The notes under the pieces were generated by a model. The model ran no database searches. It was not told the origin of the DNA and worked only from the letters and a program-made list of their open reading frames with translations. 64,000 nucleotides of DNA from a virus. Taxonomy: Duplodnaviria; Caudoviricetes. The stretch is from the IMG/VR virus record IMGVR_UViG_3300043436_003602, positions 181-64,180 of that record; one strand, written 5' to 3'. Position numbers and translations under genes: made by a program. This document shows, in pieces, positions 1-8,283 of this stretch (its first letter is position 1; each line of letters begins with the position of its first letter).

Positions 1-387
1 GACCGCCTCCGGGCTTCGGGGCACGGGGCAGGCCCATCCTATCGAGCTCGGGCTTGCCCTGTGGTCGCGGGCTTGGGTGGCGTCTTATATTGGCTAGTTG
101 GTTAAGCCGACGAGCCCGGCTACATAGCTCAACTGGGAGACGCACACCGCGAGCTGCATGACCACCAAGAATACCACGAAGATGCGAGTGACCCAAGACA
201 TGGGGCGATCATCGCAGACTTTATCTTCAGACTCAATCATTGCCATGGTCAAGCTTCCTTTGGTAGCAGATCACCAGCTGTGTGGCCGTGACCTTGACGG
301 ACGTAACTTCCTGGCCGCGTAGAGCACAGAGCATGACGGCCGAATGAGTTTGCATCGGATGGGTTAAGGGGATATAAAGCTGAGCCA

Positions 388-651
388 TCACTTCAGCACT
401 CCCAACGTCTCGAGTGTCGTCAACCAATGGGCATCATGCTCCTTCAGGGCATTGAGGTCGATCTCCACAGTCAGCGGCTGTTGGCCTAGGGCGCAGCGAA
501 TGGAGCCGACCTGGTGAAGGTCAACCTGAAGGAAAGTGTATTCCCACCCTGTGCGGCTGTTGCTACGCTCGAGGCGGTTGATCGGCGTCTGGTTAATCAG
601 GTTGTCGGCAACCTGCTTCGACAGGCCGGTGATGGTAAGCTTCATGTCCAT
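388..651 (-). CDS. hypothetical protein (early region)
   Basis: ORF with GAGGAG RBS, packed head-to-tail with neighbouring minus-strand ORFs. Confidence 0.6.
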   Translation of the reverse strand: MDMKLTITGLSKQVADNLINQTPINRLERSNSRTGWEYTFLQVDLHQVGSIRCALGQQPLTVEIDLNALKEHDAHWLTTLETLGVLK

Positions 652-652
652 A

Positions 653-850
653 TCAAATACTCCTCACAAACTCGAGGTCGAGCTGTTGGTCATTAACCTC
701 GATGACGTAGTTGTTGCAGCCGCCGCCGTCGAAGTTGTGGTTGTGATAAACCTCCACAGGGTGGCCTTTGCGGATGATGTAGATGGTCGTCGGGTCGCTC
801 ATCGATTGAGCAACCTCGAAGGCCTCGTCGGGATCAGACTTGGAAGTCAT
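653..850 (-). CDS. hypothetical protein
   Basis: 65-aa ORF in tightly packed minus-strand cluster. Confidence 0.55.
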   Translation of the reverse strand: MTSKSDPDEAFEVAQSMSDPTTIYIIRKGHPVEVYHNHNFDGGGCNNYVIEVNDQQLDLEFVRSI

Positions 851-1133
851 CGCGCTGTTCCTGTATTGAAGGGTGAGTTACAATGGTTGCCGGTGATCCC
901 GGTGCTCGTCGGCCTCCCCGGTAATGCCTCATACAGGCACCTTTGCGAATGACCTTAAAGCCACACTTCTTAAGATCATCGATAAGATCCTCCTTGTGGC
1001 TTACGTTTTTCCATCCTCGGTAACGAAGCTCTTGCTGTATGTTGGAGATAGGCGCGCCCTTTAGGGGCAATCCTGAAGCATCTACACAGTCCTGTCGAAG
1101 CAGGGGCATAACGGCATCTTGAAGGTTAGGCAT
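834..1133 (-). CDS. hypothetical protein
   Basis: Start moved to ATG 1133 (MPNLQD) behind AAAGGA RBS. Confidence 0.55.
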   Translation of the reverse strand: MPNLQDAVMPLLRQDCVDASGLPLKGAPISNIQQELRYRGWKNVSHKEDLIDDLKKCGFKVIRKGACMRHYRGGRRAPGSPATIVTHPSIQEQRDDFQV

Positions 1134-1146
1134 TGGACTGTTCCTT

Positions 1147-1335
1147 TCAGTTCGTGACGCGGTAGAGGAGTTTACGCTTACCGCTCGGGAGGATGCCCCA
1201 GACTGACTTAGTCCAGTAATTAAGTCCTCGAATGTAAGAAAAGGGAGCACGACGGCAAGGGTTGCGTCGGCCTTGACTGTCGGTACCCGTTGCTTCAAAA
1301 GCAACATAAGGTGTAAGGTCAATAGCTTCACTCAT
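1147..1335 (-). CDS. small hypothetical protein
   Basis: Directly downstream of promoter-hairpin cassette with GGAGA RBS. Confidence 0.7.
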   Translation of the reverse strand: MSEAIDLTPYVAFEATGTDSQGRRNPCRRAPFSYIRGLNYWTKSVWGILPSGKRKLLYRVTN

Positions 1336-1347
1336 ATCAATATCTCC

Positions 1348-1398
1348 ATCGCGTTATTGCGATAGAAGCACAATACGATGATGGTCATGCGGTGTCAA
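1348..1398 (-). promoter_or_regulatory. sigma70-type promoter + 5' hairpin cassette (copy 1)
   Basis: Minus strand TTGACA-17-TATTGT-6-ATCGCAATAACGCGAT-GGAGA. Confidence 0.85.
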
Positions 1399-1682
1399 TC
1401 GACTTGATCTCGACCGGAGGAATAAAAACCTTCAGCCCATGCCTTGTTCAGCCTATCCCGTAGACGAAGTGCCCGACTGTGGACATCGGTGGACATAACT
1501 ACCTCGCGATCACCGCCGCGAGGAGCCCGGTATACCACGCAGTACTTCGACTGATCCTGGCCGACGAGCTCTCCCGCTACAGCCTCATAGGGGCTATACA
1601 GCTTGATGGTCCGCTTGATCGCGGCAGCATGAGCCTCCCGTGCGGATATTCCGCCCATCGTAACTTGTCTAGCTCGGGGCAT
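1395..1682 (-). CDS. hypothetical protein
   Basis: AGGAG RBS; overlaps upstream ORF stop. Confidence 0.6.
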   Translation of the reverse strand: MPRARQVTMGGISAREAHAAAIKRTIKLYSPYEAVAGELVGQDQSKYCVVYRAPRGGDREVVMSTDVHSRALRLRDRLNKAWAEGFYSSGRDQVD

Positions 1683-1974
1683 TGGCTATACTCCTGTCTA
1701 TCGCTTCATTAGTCCAAGGGACACGTATAAAACCTTGGTAGCCGGACTCACAGGGCACCCGGTTTTGCCGGCCTTCCTGACGCACGAGAAACTCAAACCG
1801 TTCCTGCGTCATGGTAAAGCTGTAGCCTGAGGCTTGAAGCAATCGGGTGCCGTGCTCCGGATGACGTGCTTCCCACCAATCTGTCGGAAGACGGTCACCG
1901 CCGTAGTCGTAGAGGTCATGCCACAGTACCCAACCTTCGTAGGGCTCGATGTTTTCCACGGGTGTAGGTGTCAT
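1669..1974 (-). CDS. hypothetical protein
   Basis: TGATG coupling with upstream ORF. Confidence 0.65.
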   Translation of the reverse strand: MTPTPVENIEPYEGWVLWHDLYDYGGDRLPTDWWEARHPEHGTRLLQASGYSFTMTQERFEFLVRQEGRQNRVPCESGYQGFIRVPWTNEAIDRSIANAPS

Positions 1975-2219
1975 CAGCTTGCCCGCCTCAGGCGCATGAA
2001 CCGGCGTCGTCGGCCGTTGCGACCGTCGAAGTAGGCGTGGACAACAACCGCTTCGTTATTGCGCTCATCAAGCTCATAGCGAAAGTGCAGCCGGCCAACA
2101 CGTCGGTCAGATGCAAGTCGTTGAAGCTGTCGGCGCAGGTGATCGACAGAGCGAGTTCGATAGAACTCAGGCAGGTCGGTGCCGGCATAGTTGTGTGTTT
2201 CGATATTCCAATTGGTCAT
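1974..2219 (-). CDS. hypothetical protein
   Basis: Start ATG 2219 just downstream of hairpin cassette copy 2. Confidence 0.6.
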   Translation of the reverse strand: MTNWNIETHNYAGTDLPEFYRTRSVDHLRRQLQRLASDRRVGRLHFRYELDERNNEAVVVHAYFDGRNGRRRRFMRLRRAS

Positions 2220-2229
2220 GTGTAATCCA

Positions 2230-2280
2230 GTCGCGTTATTGCGATGCGCGATCATCGCGCAATCGGGGAGGGGGGGTCAA
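2230..2280 (-). promoter_or_regulatory. sigma70-type promoter + 5' hairpin cassette (copy 2)
   Basis: TTGACC-18-GATGAT-5-ATCGCAATAACGCGAC. Confidence 0.65.
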
Positions 2281-2290
2281 CCATCTTGTT

Positions 2291-2845
2291 CTATGATAAA
2301 CCGCATAGTTTTTTGATGGCGGGAACCTCGTTTGGCGGAAACGCCCAACCATAGTCGGGCTTCGGTCGTCCTGACGCTCGCAGCGCAGCGCGCGCAATCA
2401 TCGCAGGCGTTCCTGAGGCGGCGCACAGCTCGGTAATCGTCACATAACCGTCAGGACATTGCGCTCGAGGACTGCGCTCACGTCTCGGCGCCGGTTTCGC
2501 GAGTGTGTTGGTGCCATCATCGTCGACCACGACTTCGCGGACATGCACCTCGTCCCAGGTGCCATGCTTGAAGCGGAGGATCAGTCGGGCTACGTCCTCA
2601 CGAACTGGCTCGTTGGCGATGGGCGCAGCCATGATCTGCTGCCATTGCTCGCTTCGAAGTCGGATGGTGAGGTCGGTCTCGAGAATGATGTCATTCCCAT
2701 CGAGGCGATGCTCACAGCCAGCGAGGAACTTTGTCAGCCAGGCCCGAGCATGATCGGCTCGATCAAAGACGGGGACGTAAGTGCGGGAGTATTGATCGGA
2801 CTGCCGGTGGCCGGTCGCGTAGATCACAAATTGTTCGGTCTTCAT
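2291..2845 (-). CDS. protein with C-terminal HTH-like domain (paralogue family)
   Basis: C-terminal VTITELCAASGTPAMIARAALRASGRPKPDYGWAF; start after cassette copy 3. Confidence 0.7.
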   Translation of the reverse strand: MKTEQFVIYATGHRQSDQYSRTYVPVFDRADHARAWLTKFLAGCEHRLDGNDIILETDLTIRLRSEQWQQIMAAPIANEPVREDVARLILRFKHGTWDEVHVREVVVDDDGTNTLAKPAPRRERSPRAQCPDGYVTITELCAASGTPAMIARAALRASGRPKPDYGWAFPPNEVPAIKKLCGLS

Positions 2846-2855
2846 AATAATCTCC

Positions 2856-2906
2856 ATCGCGTTATTGCGATAAAAACACAATCGCATAGTGGTGTCTTGG
2901 CGTCAA
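2856..2906 (-). promoter_or_regulatory. sigma70-type promoter + 5' hairpin cassette (copy 3)
   Basis: TTGACG-17-GATTGT-6-ATCGCAATAACGCGAT-GGAGA. Confidence 0.8.
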
Positions 2907-2911
2907 CCGCC

Positions 2912-3751
2912 TTATCCTATCTCCTTCCGGAGCTGGACACGACCACCGGCTTCCCAGCCCGCAGCTGTTCCCGAGCCGCGCTTTGGGTTACGATGACGCG
3001 GTGCCTTGTAAGGCTTGGCTGCTGACTTCCCCCGCTGCTTTTCCTCATCCTCGAGGAACTTCACGCGCTCGGGCTCAGTCATCAGCGCAAGCTTCGCAGT
3101 GCGCTCTTCCTGACGCTTGGCCTCGGCCGCCCGCATAGGCGCCCAATACTTCTCGTCTTCATATTCCTTGATCTCGTTTCGGAGCGTCTCGAAGTAGCCA
3201 GCGACAACCAGCGCACTGCTACCTGTGGAGGCCTGTGCCGTTGCGTCTTGGGTCTCCATTTCCCGCATGAGTAACAGGGCACGTTGGTAAAGCCGCCCAC
3301 CACAGGCGTCCTTGAACGATCCGCGGAAGTTCGCTCGGTCGCGTTTCGACAGGCCGCGCGGCAGTGATTGCTTGTAAAGCTGCTCGACTTGCTGGACCAG
3401 CCAGATCATCGTCTGCTCGGCAAGCTCGACGTTTTCTTCCCGGCCGAGGAACCAGTAACCGTTCTTGCCGTAATTCGGCGCATAGCAGTCGACGCCGTAA
3501 AGCACGGCTGCTGCTTCGGAGCAGAAGCACTCGTAGACCTTCATGACCGTATACTTGCGCTTCTCGACGATCTTGGGCTTGGGTGCGCCGGCGGGTCGAA
3601 CTGCATCCAGCTCGATACCGATCTTGGTAGCAAGGCCCGCGGCCATACGCATTGCGTTAGTGGCTTCATCCTCAGAACAGCCATTTTCGACGGTCATGTT
3701 GAGAAGCTTGGCGATACGTGCCTTGGTCTTGGTAATCTCTTCGGGTGTCAT
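2912..3751 (-). CDS. DUF2786-like domain protein
   Basis: N-terminal RIAKLLNM...SEDEATNAMRMAAGL matches the DUF2786 pattern; C-terminal GxxAG motif. Confidence 0.7.
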   Translation of the reverse strand: MTPEEITKTKARIAKLLNMTVENGCSEDEATNAMRMAAGLATKIGIELDAVRPAGAPKPKIVEKRKYTVMKVYECFCSEAAAVLYGVDCYAPNYGKNGYWFLGREENVELAEQTMIWLVQQVEQLYKQSLPRGLSKRDRANFRGSFKDACGGRLYQRALLLMREMETQDATAQASTGSSALVVAGYFETLRNEIKEYEDEKYWAPMRAAEAKRQEERTAKLALMTEPERVKFLEDEEKQRGKSAAKPYKAPRHRNPKRGSGTAAGWEAGGRVQLRKEIG

Positions 3752-3764
3752 TGAAGTGTCTCCT

Positions 3765-3815
3765 ATCGCGTTATTGCGATTATTAGCTTATGACGCAGTG
3801 GACGACAAGCATCAA
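3765..3815 (-). promoter_or_regulatory. sigma70-type promoter + 5' hairpin cassette (copy 4)
   Basis: TTGATG-17-CATAAG-6-ATCGCAATAACGCGAT-AGGAGA. Confidence 0.75.
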
Positions 3816-3844
3816 CTTCCCATCGTCCACTATATTCTGCGCCT

Positions 3845-4570
3845 TCACTTCGAGCCGTTGAGTATCTTGCGAATGTCGCCGGCGGCGGACTTGGGGAACA
3901 CCCAGCGTTCACCCTTGACGGGCTTGGGGTAATTCGGCTTGTCCTCATACCGACGCATCTTGGCCCGAGCGACCTTCGGATCGATGTCGAGCTCCCGAGC
4001 AATGTCAGCGACGGTGGTCTGGTTCGGGTCCTTTTCGACCTGGGGCTTTTCAGCACGAGCCTTCTGCTTGGCTTCGATCTTTTCGATCTGACGCTTCGCC
4101 TTTTCGGGGTCCTTCTTAGGATCGACCTGGCCGGCGATCTTCTTGGGCTTGCGGAACTCGGCCTCATCCTTGATGAAGCGCTTGTCGGCTTCGGACAATT
4201 CGACCTTGTTCTTCTTCTTCGCAGCCTTGCGCTCGGCCTCGCGCTGGTCGCGGACGCGCTCGCGGCAATTCCTCGCCATCTGCTCACTGTCGAGCCCGCG
4301 AGCGAGGCCGACTTTTTCAATCTTCGTAGGCTTCACGGGCGTCTCGTCTTTCGGTTTTTCCTCGGGTTCGGGACGAGCAGCGGCGACTTCCGGATCATCG
4401 ATCTTCGGCGCAGCGGCGGGATCAGCGCCGGGGAGAACGTCGGTAAATCCTGCGGCCTCGAGCTGACCGATTGCTTCATCGAGTTTTGCCTGTGAGGTCT
4501 TCCAGGATTTCAGTTCAGGCTTGCCGGCGTTGACACGCAGGCGGTTGAGCTTTTCAAGTTTCATTAACAT
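3845..4570 (-). CDS. Lys-rich protein with C-terminal HTH-like domain (paralogue family)
   Basis: C-terminal TVADIARELDIDPKVARAKMRR...RWVFP. Confidence 0.75.
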   Translation of the reverse strand: MLMKLEKLNRLRVNAGKPELKSWKTSQAKLDEAIGQLEAAGFTDVLPGADPAAAPKIDDPEVAAARPEPEEKPKDETPVKPTKIEKVGLARGLDSEQMARNCRERVRDQREAERKAAKKKNKVELSEADKRFIKDEAEFRKPKKIAGQVDPKKDPEKAKRQIEKIEAKQKARAEKPQVEKDPNQTTVADIARELDIDPKVARAKMRRYEDKPNYPKPVKGERWVFPKSAAGDIRKILNGSK

Positions 4571-4591
4571 ACACCATTCCTCTAAGTGTGC

Positions 4592-4648
4592 ATCGCGTCG
4601 TCATTGACGTGATAGGCCTACTATATGATGGTGGTGCTTAGACGTCAA
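4592..4648 (-). promoter_or_regulatory. sigma70-type promoter + variant 5' hairpin (copy 5)
   Basis: TTGACG-17-TATAGT-6-ATCACGTC-AATGAC-GACGCGAT. Confidence 0.75.
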
Positions 4649-4677
4649 TCGTCTTTATGCTTGAATGGGATAAAAAA

Positions 4678-6582
4678 TTATTCGTCGTCATCCTTGTCCC
4701 GCTCGGCGATTTCCCAAGTCTGCGTCTTAGCTTCGCCTTTACCCTTGTTTTTCTTGGTGATGCTCATTCTCGAAGCCGCGCGGTCGATCATCTTCTTCGG
4801 GATGGACCTCTTCTCCGCCATCCTATACAGCTTCTCCACCTCTACAGCTGCACCGGTGATTGTGGCCTCGAGGAACTCCATAGCATCCTGGATACCGTCC
4901 CCTTGCTTACCCTTGGTTCGAGCTTCGGTCGAGGCGTCCATCACTTCCTGTGCGGTAAGACGATTAAAGCCTTCCCAGGTAAACTCAGAGCGATCCTTTT
5001 CTTTTGCTTCAATACGAAAAGCAAGGCCGCCGGGATCAGGAGCAAGGTTTCCCTTCACAATAGCCATAACGCGGGTTTCGCTGTCATCGGGATCGACGCC
5101 GACACACATGGTCACACGAGCAGAACCCGAGAATGCGACCGAGCCTTGGCCGCGATACATCGCCGAGCCCGAGCCCTTCGTAAGGTGTCGAATAAGAAGA
5201 ACCGCGCAGTTAAACTCGTCGGCAATCTGCTTGAAAATACCCATCGCCTGTGTGGCTTCTGATGCTTTGTGGGTGTCTGCCCGGCCTATATAGGTGTTCA
5301 GGGTATCGAACACAACCAGAGAAGGCTGGATAACTTCGAGGTGCTCACAGAGTTCCCCGATAGCATCCTCATCATCAATCGAGAATGCCTGCTCGATGGG
5401 ATAGTAGTTTCCGAGATTGTCGAAGCCGTTATACTTCAAGCGAACCTTGGTAACCGATGCGGCGTTGTTCTCGATGTCGCAATAGACAACCGGGCCGTGA
5501 GCCTTGGGCTTCCCCTTATGCACACAGGGAAGTCGCTTACCCTCGGCTATTGAGGCGGCGACGATCATAGCCATGTAGCTCTTCCCAAGTCCCGGGTCAC
5601 CCTCGAGGATTGACAGGGTTTTTCTTGCAAGGTAGGGGTACCAAAGCCAATCAATTTTTTCTTCCTTGATCTCCTGCATCGAGCGAATGGTAAAGATGCC
5701 CCTCTTCTCGTCTTGGGACTCCTCCTCATCCGATTTCCTGTGGAGCTTCTCTTTCCCCTTCGGCCTTTCCTTGAACTGGTTCTCCACAACCTTGCTGAGT
5801 TCGCGCCTCAGCTGCTCGTCCTCATTGCGTCGCCCGGCGAACTTGTTCCAGCCACTACGCTTGATAACAGCAAACGCCTCGTCGAGAGTCATGCCCGCTT
5901 CTACGCAAGCATTCTCAAGCTTCCACAGCATCTCACTGCGGTCTGACCTGCCGACAGTTTTCTTGGCCAGTAGTTCCCGGCGCACCCACCTGGGTAGCTC
6001 GGCCTCATACTTCTCGAACACTTCGGCCGCGGAAAGGTGTTCCCCCTCCTCTACTTCTTCAGGAGGCGGCAAGTACTTCTCGACCCGCTTCACCGTCCAG
6101 GTTTTGCCGTCCTTCCAAGCGACACGGACTTTAGGCTGTGCGGCGTATTTGTAGTTGCGGGTGCCGGGAACTCGCAAGAGCTGTGTAAGGTCCCATCCGC
6201 CATGGTCAGCATCTACCGCGTAGGTTAGGCGGCGATTAAGGTCTTCGGTCATCGGGCCATTCAAGACCCACAGTCCCACCCATCGACCGGGGGACGACTC
6301 GATAGCGATTGTTGGCCGAGGCTTCATGTCATTCGGGTTAGCGAAGTCAAGGTCGGCCCACAGCAAGTTGGGAATTACTGCTTCACTCTTCTGTCTTACG
6401 CGACGGTTAAACCCGTGCGGGCAGAAATAAATATCGTGGTCGTCATAGTCCTTGAGGAATTGACGGATATCTCCGAACTGGTCACGCGAGAAAAAGTGGT
6501 CTTTGAATTGCCCCCCAGCAGACTTAGTGGATAGGCAAAAGAATTTACCGGGCTGCTGCGCCCACAAATCCGTTATTAGCAT
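4678..6582 (-). CDS. primase-helicase (RepB/AEP-like primase + AAA_25/RecA-like helicase + C-terminal winged-helix-like domain)
   Basis: LWADLD, ESSPGR and LRVPGT primase motifs; Walker A GDPGLGKS; Walker B LVVFDT; RHLTK motif. Confidence 0.9.
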   Translation of the reverse strand: MLITDLWAQQPGKFFCLSTKSAGGQFKDHFFSRDQFGDIRQFLKDYDDHDIYFCPHGFNRRVRQKSEAVIPNLLWADLDFANPNDMKPRPTIAIESSPGRWVGLWVLNGPMTEDLNRRLTYAVDADHGGWDLTQLLRVPGTRNYKYAAQPKVRVAWKDGKTWTVKRVEKYLPPPEEVEEGEHLSAAEVFEKYEAELPRWVRRELLAKKTVGRSDRSEMLWKLENACVEAGMTLDEAFAVIKRSGWNKFAGRRNEDEQLRRELSKVVENQFKERPKGKEKLHRKSDEEESQDEKRGIFTIRSMQEIKEEKIDWLWYPYLARKTLSILEGDPGLGKSYMAMIVAASIAEGKRLPCVHKGKPKAHGPVVYCDIENNAASVTKVRLKYNGFDNLGNYYPIEQAFSIDDEDAIGELCEHLEVIQPSLVVFDTLNTYIGRADTHKASEATQAMGIFKQIADEFNCAVLLIRHLTKGSGSAMYRGQGSVAFSGSARVTMCVGVDPDDSETRVMAIVKGNLAPDPGGLAFRIEAKEKDRSEFTWEGFNRLTAQEVMDASTEARTKGKQGDGIQDAMEFLEATITGAAVEVEKLYRMAEKRSIPKKMIDRAASRMSITKKNKGKGEAKTQTWEIAERDKDDDE

Positions 6583-6764
6583 GGCGCCGCGTCTTTCTCA
6601 TTCTTGAGGCGCTCGACCTCTTCCTTCGGTATAAGCACGATATGCTTACCGGGCCTTTCTACAGTTACCGTTCCTCGGTGGATACGCTGATGCAAGGCCA
6701 TATACTCTATGCCTATATATTCAGCGGCCGCCTTCACGGTGTAATAGTCTTGAAGAGAACTCAC
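6576..6764 (-). CDS. excisionase/MerR-like HTH DNA-binding protein
   Basis: YTVKAAAEYIGI...IHRG...IPKEEVERL pattern; GTG start at 6764. Confidence 0.75.
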   Translation of the reverse strand: MSSLQDYYTVKAAAEYIGIEYMALHQRIHRGTVTVERPGKHIVLIPKEEVERLKNEKDAAPC

Positions 6765-6777
6765 ACGGGACCCCCGG

Positions 6778-6828
6778 TTGACAATGGCGTGAACTCCGGA
6801 ATATACTGTCAAAACATTTCACGGTCAA
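6778..6828. promoter_or_regulatory. overlapping divergent sigma70-type promoters
   Basis: Plus: TTGACA(6778)-18-TATACT; minus: TTGACC-17-TATATT; the two -10 boxes overlap. Confidence 0.7.
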
Positions 6829-6845
6829 CTCCTGAGGAAAACCCC

Positions 6846-7337
6846 ATGATTATTATTGAAGGTATGGACAACAGCGGTAAGTCGACACTGGCCCAAGCGA
6901 TGGCTTCTTATATGGGGTTGATCGTTCAAGAAAGTGAAGGGCCGCCACTCGACGCTGCGGAGATAAATGCTCGCGTTGATCGATACGAGGGCATGACGGA
7001 TCGCCTGTTCGTTCGCCACCCTGTGGTATCCAATGCAATTTACGGCCAGGTTCGTGAAGAGGGCGACCCGATCACCTTCGGCCGGCGAGTGTTGTTTTAC
7101 GATCAGGGCCATACCTTTATCTACTGTGATGCCGGGCAGCGCGGCTTGGGCGCACACGTCGAAAAGGCTCACGATACCGAGAAGCACCTCGAGGACATCA
7201 CCAACAACTACAACAAGCTGCTCTATCTCTATCGGCAATGGGCCGCTGAGCATGCTCACTTCATCTATCGCATCGGCGATGATATGGACCAGCTGATCAG
7301 CACGGTCTACTTCTACCTCAACTACCAACAGTCGTAA
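6846..7337 (+). CDS. P-loop dNMP (thymidylate-type) kinase
   Basis: N-terminal IIIEGMDNSGKSTLA Walker A; GAGG RBS. Confidence 0.8.
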   Translation: MIIIEGMDNSGKSTLAQAMASYMGLIVQESEGPPLDAAEINARVDRYEGMTDRLFVRHPVVSNAIYGQVREEGDPITFGRRVLFYDQGHTFIYCDAGQRGLGAHVEKAHDTEKHLEDITNNYNKLLYLYRQWAAEHAHFIYRIGDDMDQLISTVYFYLNYQQS

Positions 7338-7347
7338 AGAAAGGAAG

Positions 7348-8283
7348 ATGGGCATGTTTACTCATCGCTACGCGGATGGCGACTTCTACACATACGTAGG
7401 AGACCAGGAGGGCAGGCACCCGGAAACGGGTAAATGGGTCAAGGGGGTTTGTTACCGAGGAGCAACCGGTGAGCTTTACTGGACCAGCGAAGCTCGATGG
7501 GAGGAAAAGTTCGAGGCACTCCCGCCCTCTCGCTTCGAAGAACAACGGATCGAGCTTACCGATCCCGGTACCGAAGAGGTGGTCGCAGCATTCGTTATGC
7601 GTATGGACGAAGTTACCGACGTTCGCCACATGCTGCTGTCTGCTTGCAATGTTGCCAGCAAGGCCCGCGACCATCATGTCGAGATCGTCCTTCGGGCCCA
7701 GGCAGACATGATCTCCAAGGGTCTGCACATTCGCGAGGTCGACTTCCCCGACTTGATCGGCGATGTCAATGCCTTCCATGAGAAGTTCAAGCAGATCGAG
7801 CCCACAACCTACGGGGTGCCCCGGGTATTGCCCGCCGACCTATTTGACTTCCGCGTCAAGTTCCATGATGAGGAGACCGATGAGTATAGGGAAGAGCAGG
7901 AGACCCTGGTCGAGGCCTTTGACCGGGAAGACCATCGCGAGGTCGTCAACTCGCTCGAGCTTCAACTTGACGCCTTGTGCGATGCCGTATGGGTGTTGCT
8001 TGGCACCGCGGACCTTCAGTTCGGCAAGAAGATTTTCTATGAAGCCTGGAAGCGCGTCTTCAAGGCCAATATGGCGAAGGTGCTGGCAACCGAAGACCCG
8101 AACGCGAAGGACAGCGGCCGAGATGTCAAGTATGATATTCGCAAGCCCGCCGGCTGGACACCGCCCGATCACCGGGACTTGGTGCAGGAGTATCTCCGTC
8201 CTACGAAGCCTGGGGCCGAGGAGCCTGTCGAGACCAACACCTTCAATGAGCCGGTCTCCCCCGATTACTCGGGGAAAGTCTGA
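7348..8283 (+). CDS. MazG/PRA-PH-like nucleotide pyrophosphohydrolase with N-terminal DUF1653-like domain
   Basis: EETDE...DALCDAVWV...ANMAK...IRKPAGWTPPD in C-terminal half; HPETG...VCY...LY in N-terminus. Confidence 0.75.
   Translation: MGMFTHRYADGDFYTYVGDQEGRHPETGKWVKGVCYRGATGELYWTSEARWEEKFEALPPSRFEEQRIELTDPGTEEVVAAFVMRMDEVTDVRHMLLSACNVASKARDHHVEIVLRAQADMISKGLHIREVDFPDLIGDVNAFHEKFKQIEPTTYGVPRVLPADLFDFRVKFHDEETDEYREEQETLVEAFDREDHREVVNSLELQLDALCDAVWVLLGTADLQFGKKIFYEAWKRVFKANMAKVLATEDPNAKDSGRDVKYDIRKPAGWTPPDHRDLVQEYLRPTKPGAEEPVETNTFNEPVSPDYSGKV

Noticed and set aside
6576-6764. Excisionase-like gene as a sign of a temperate phage or prophage
   Set aside because: No integrase, att site or flanking host genes are visible; such HTH proteins are common in lytic phages.
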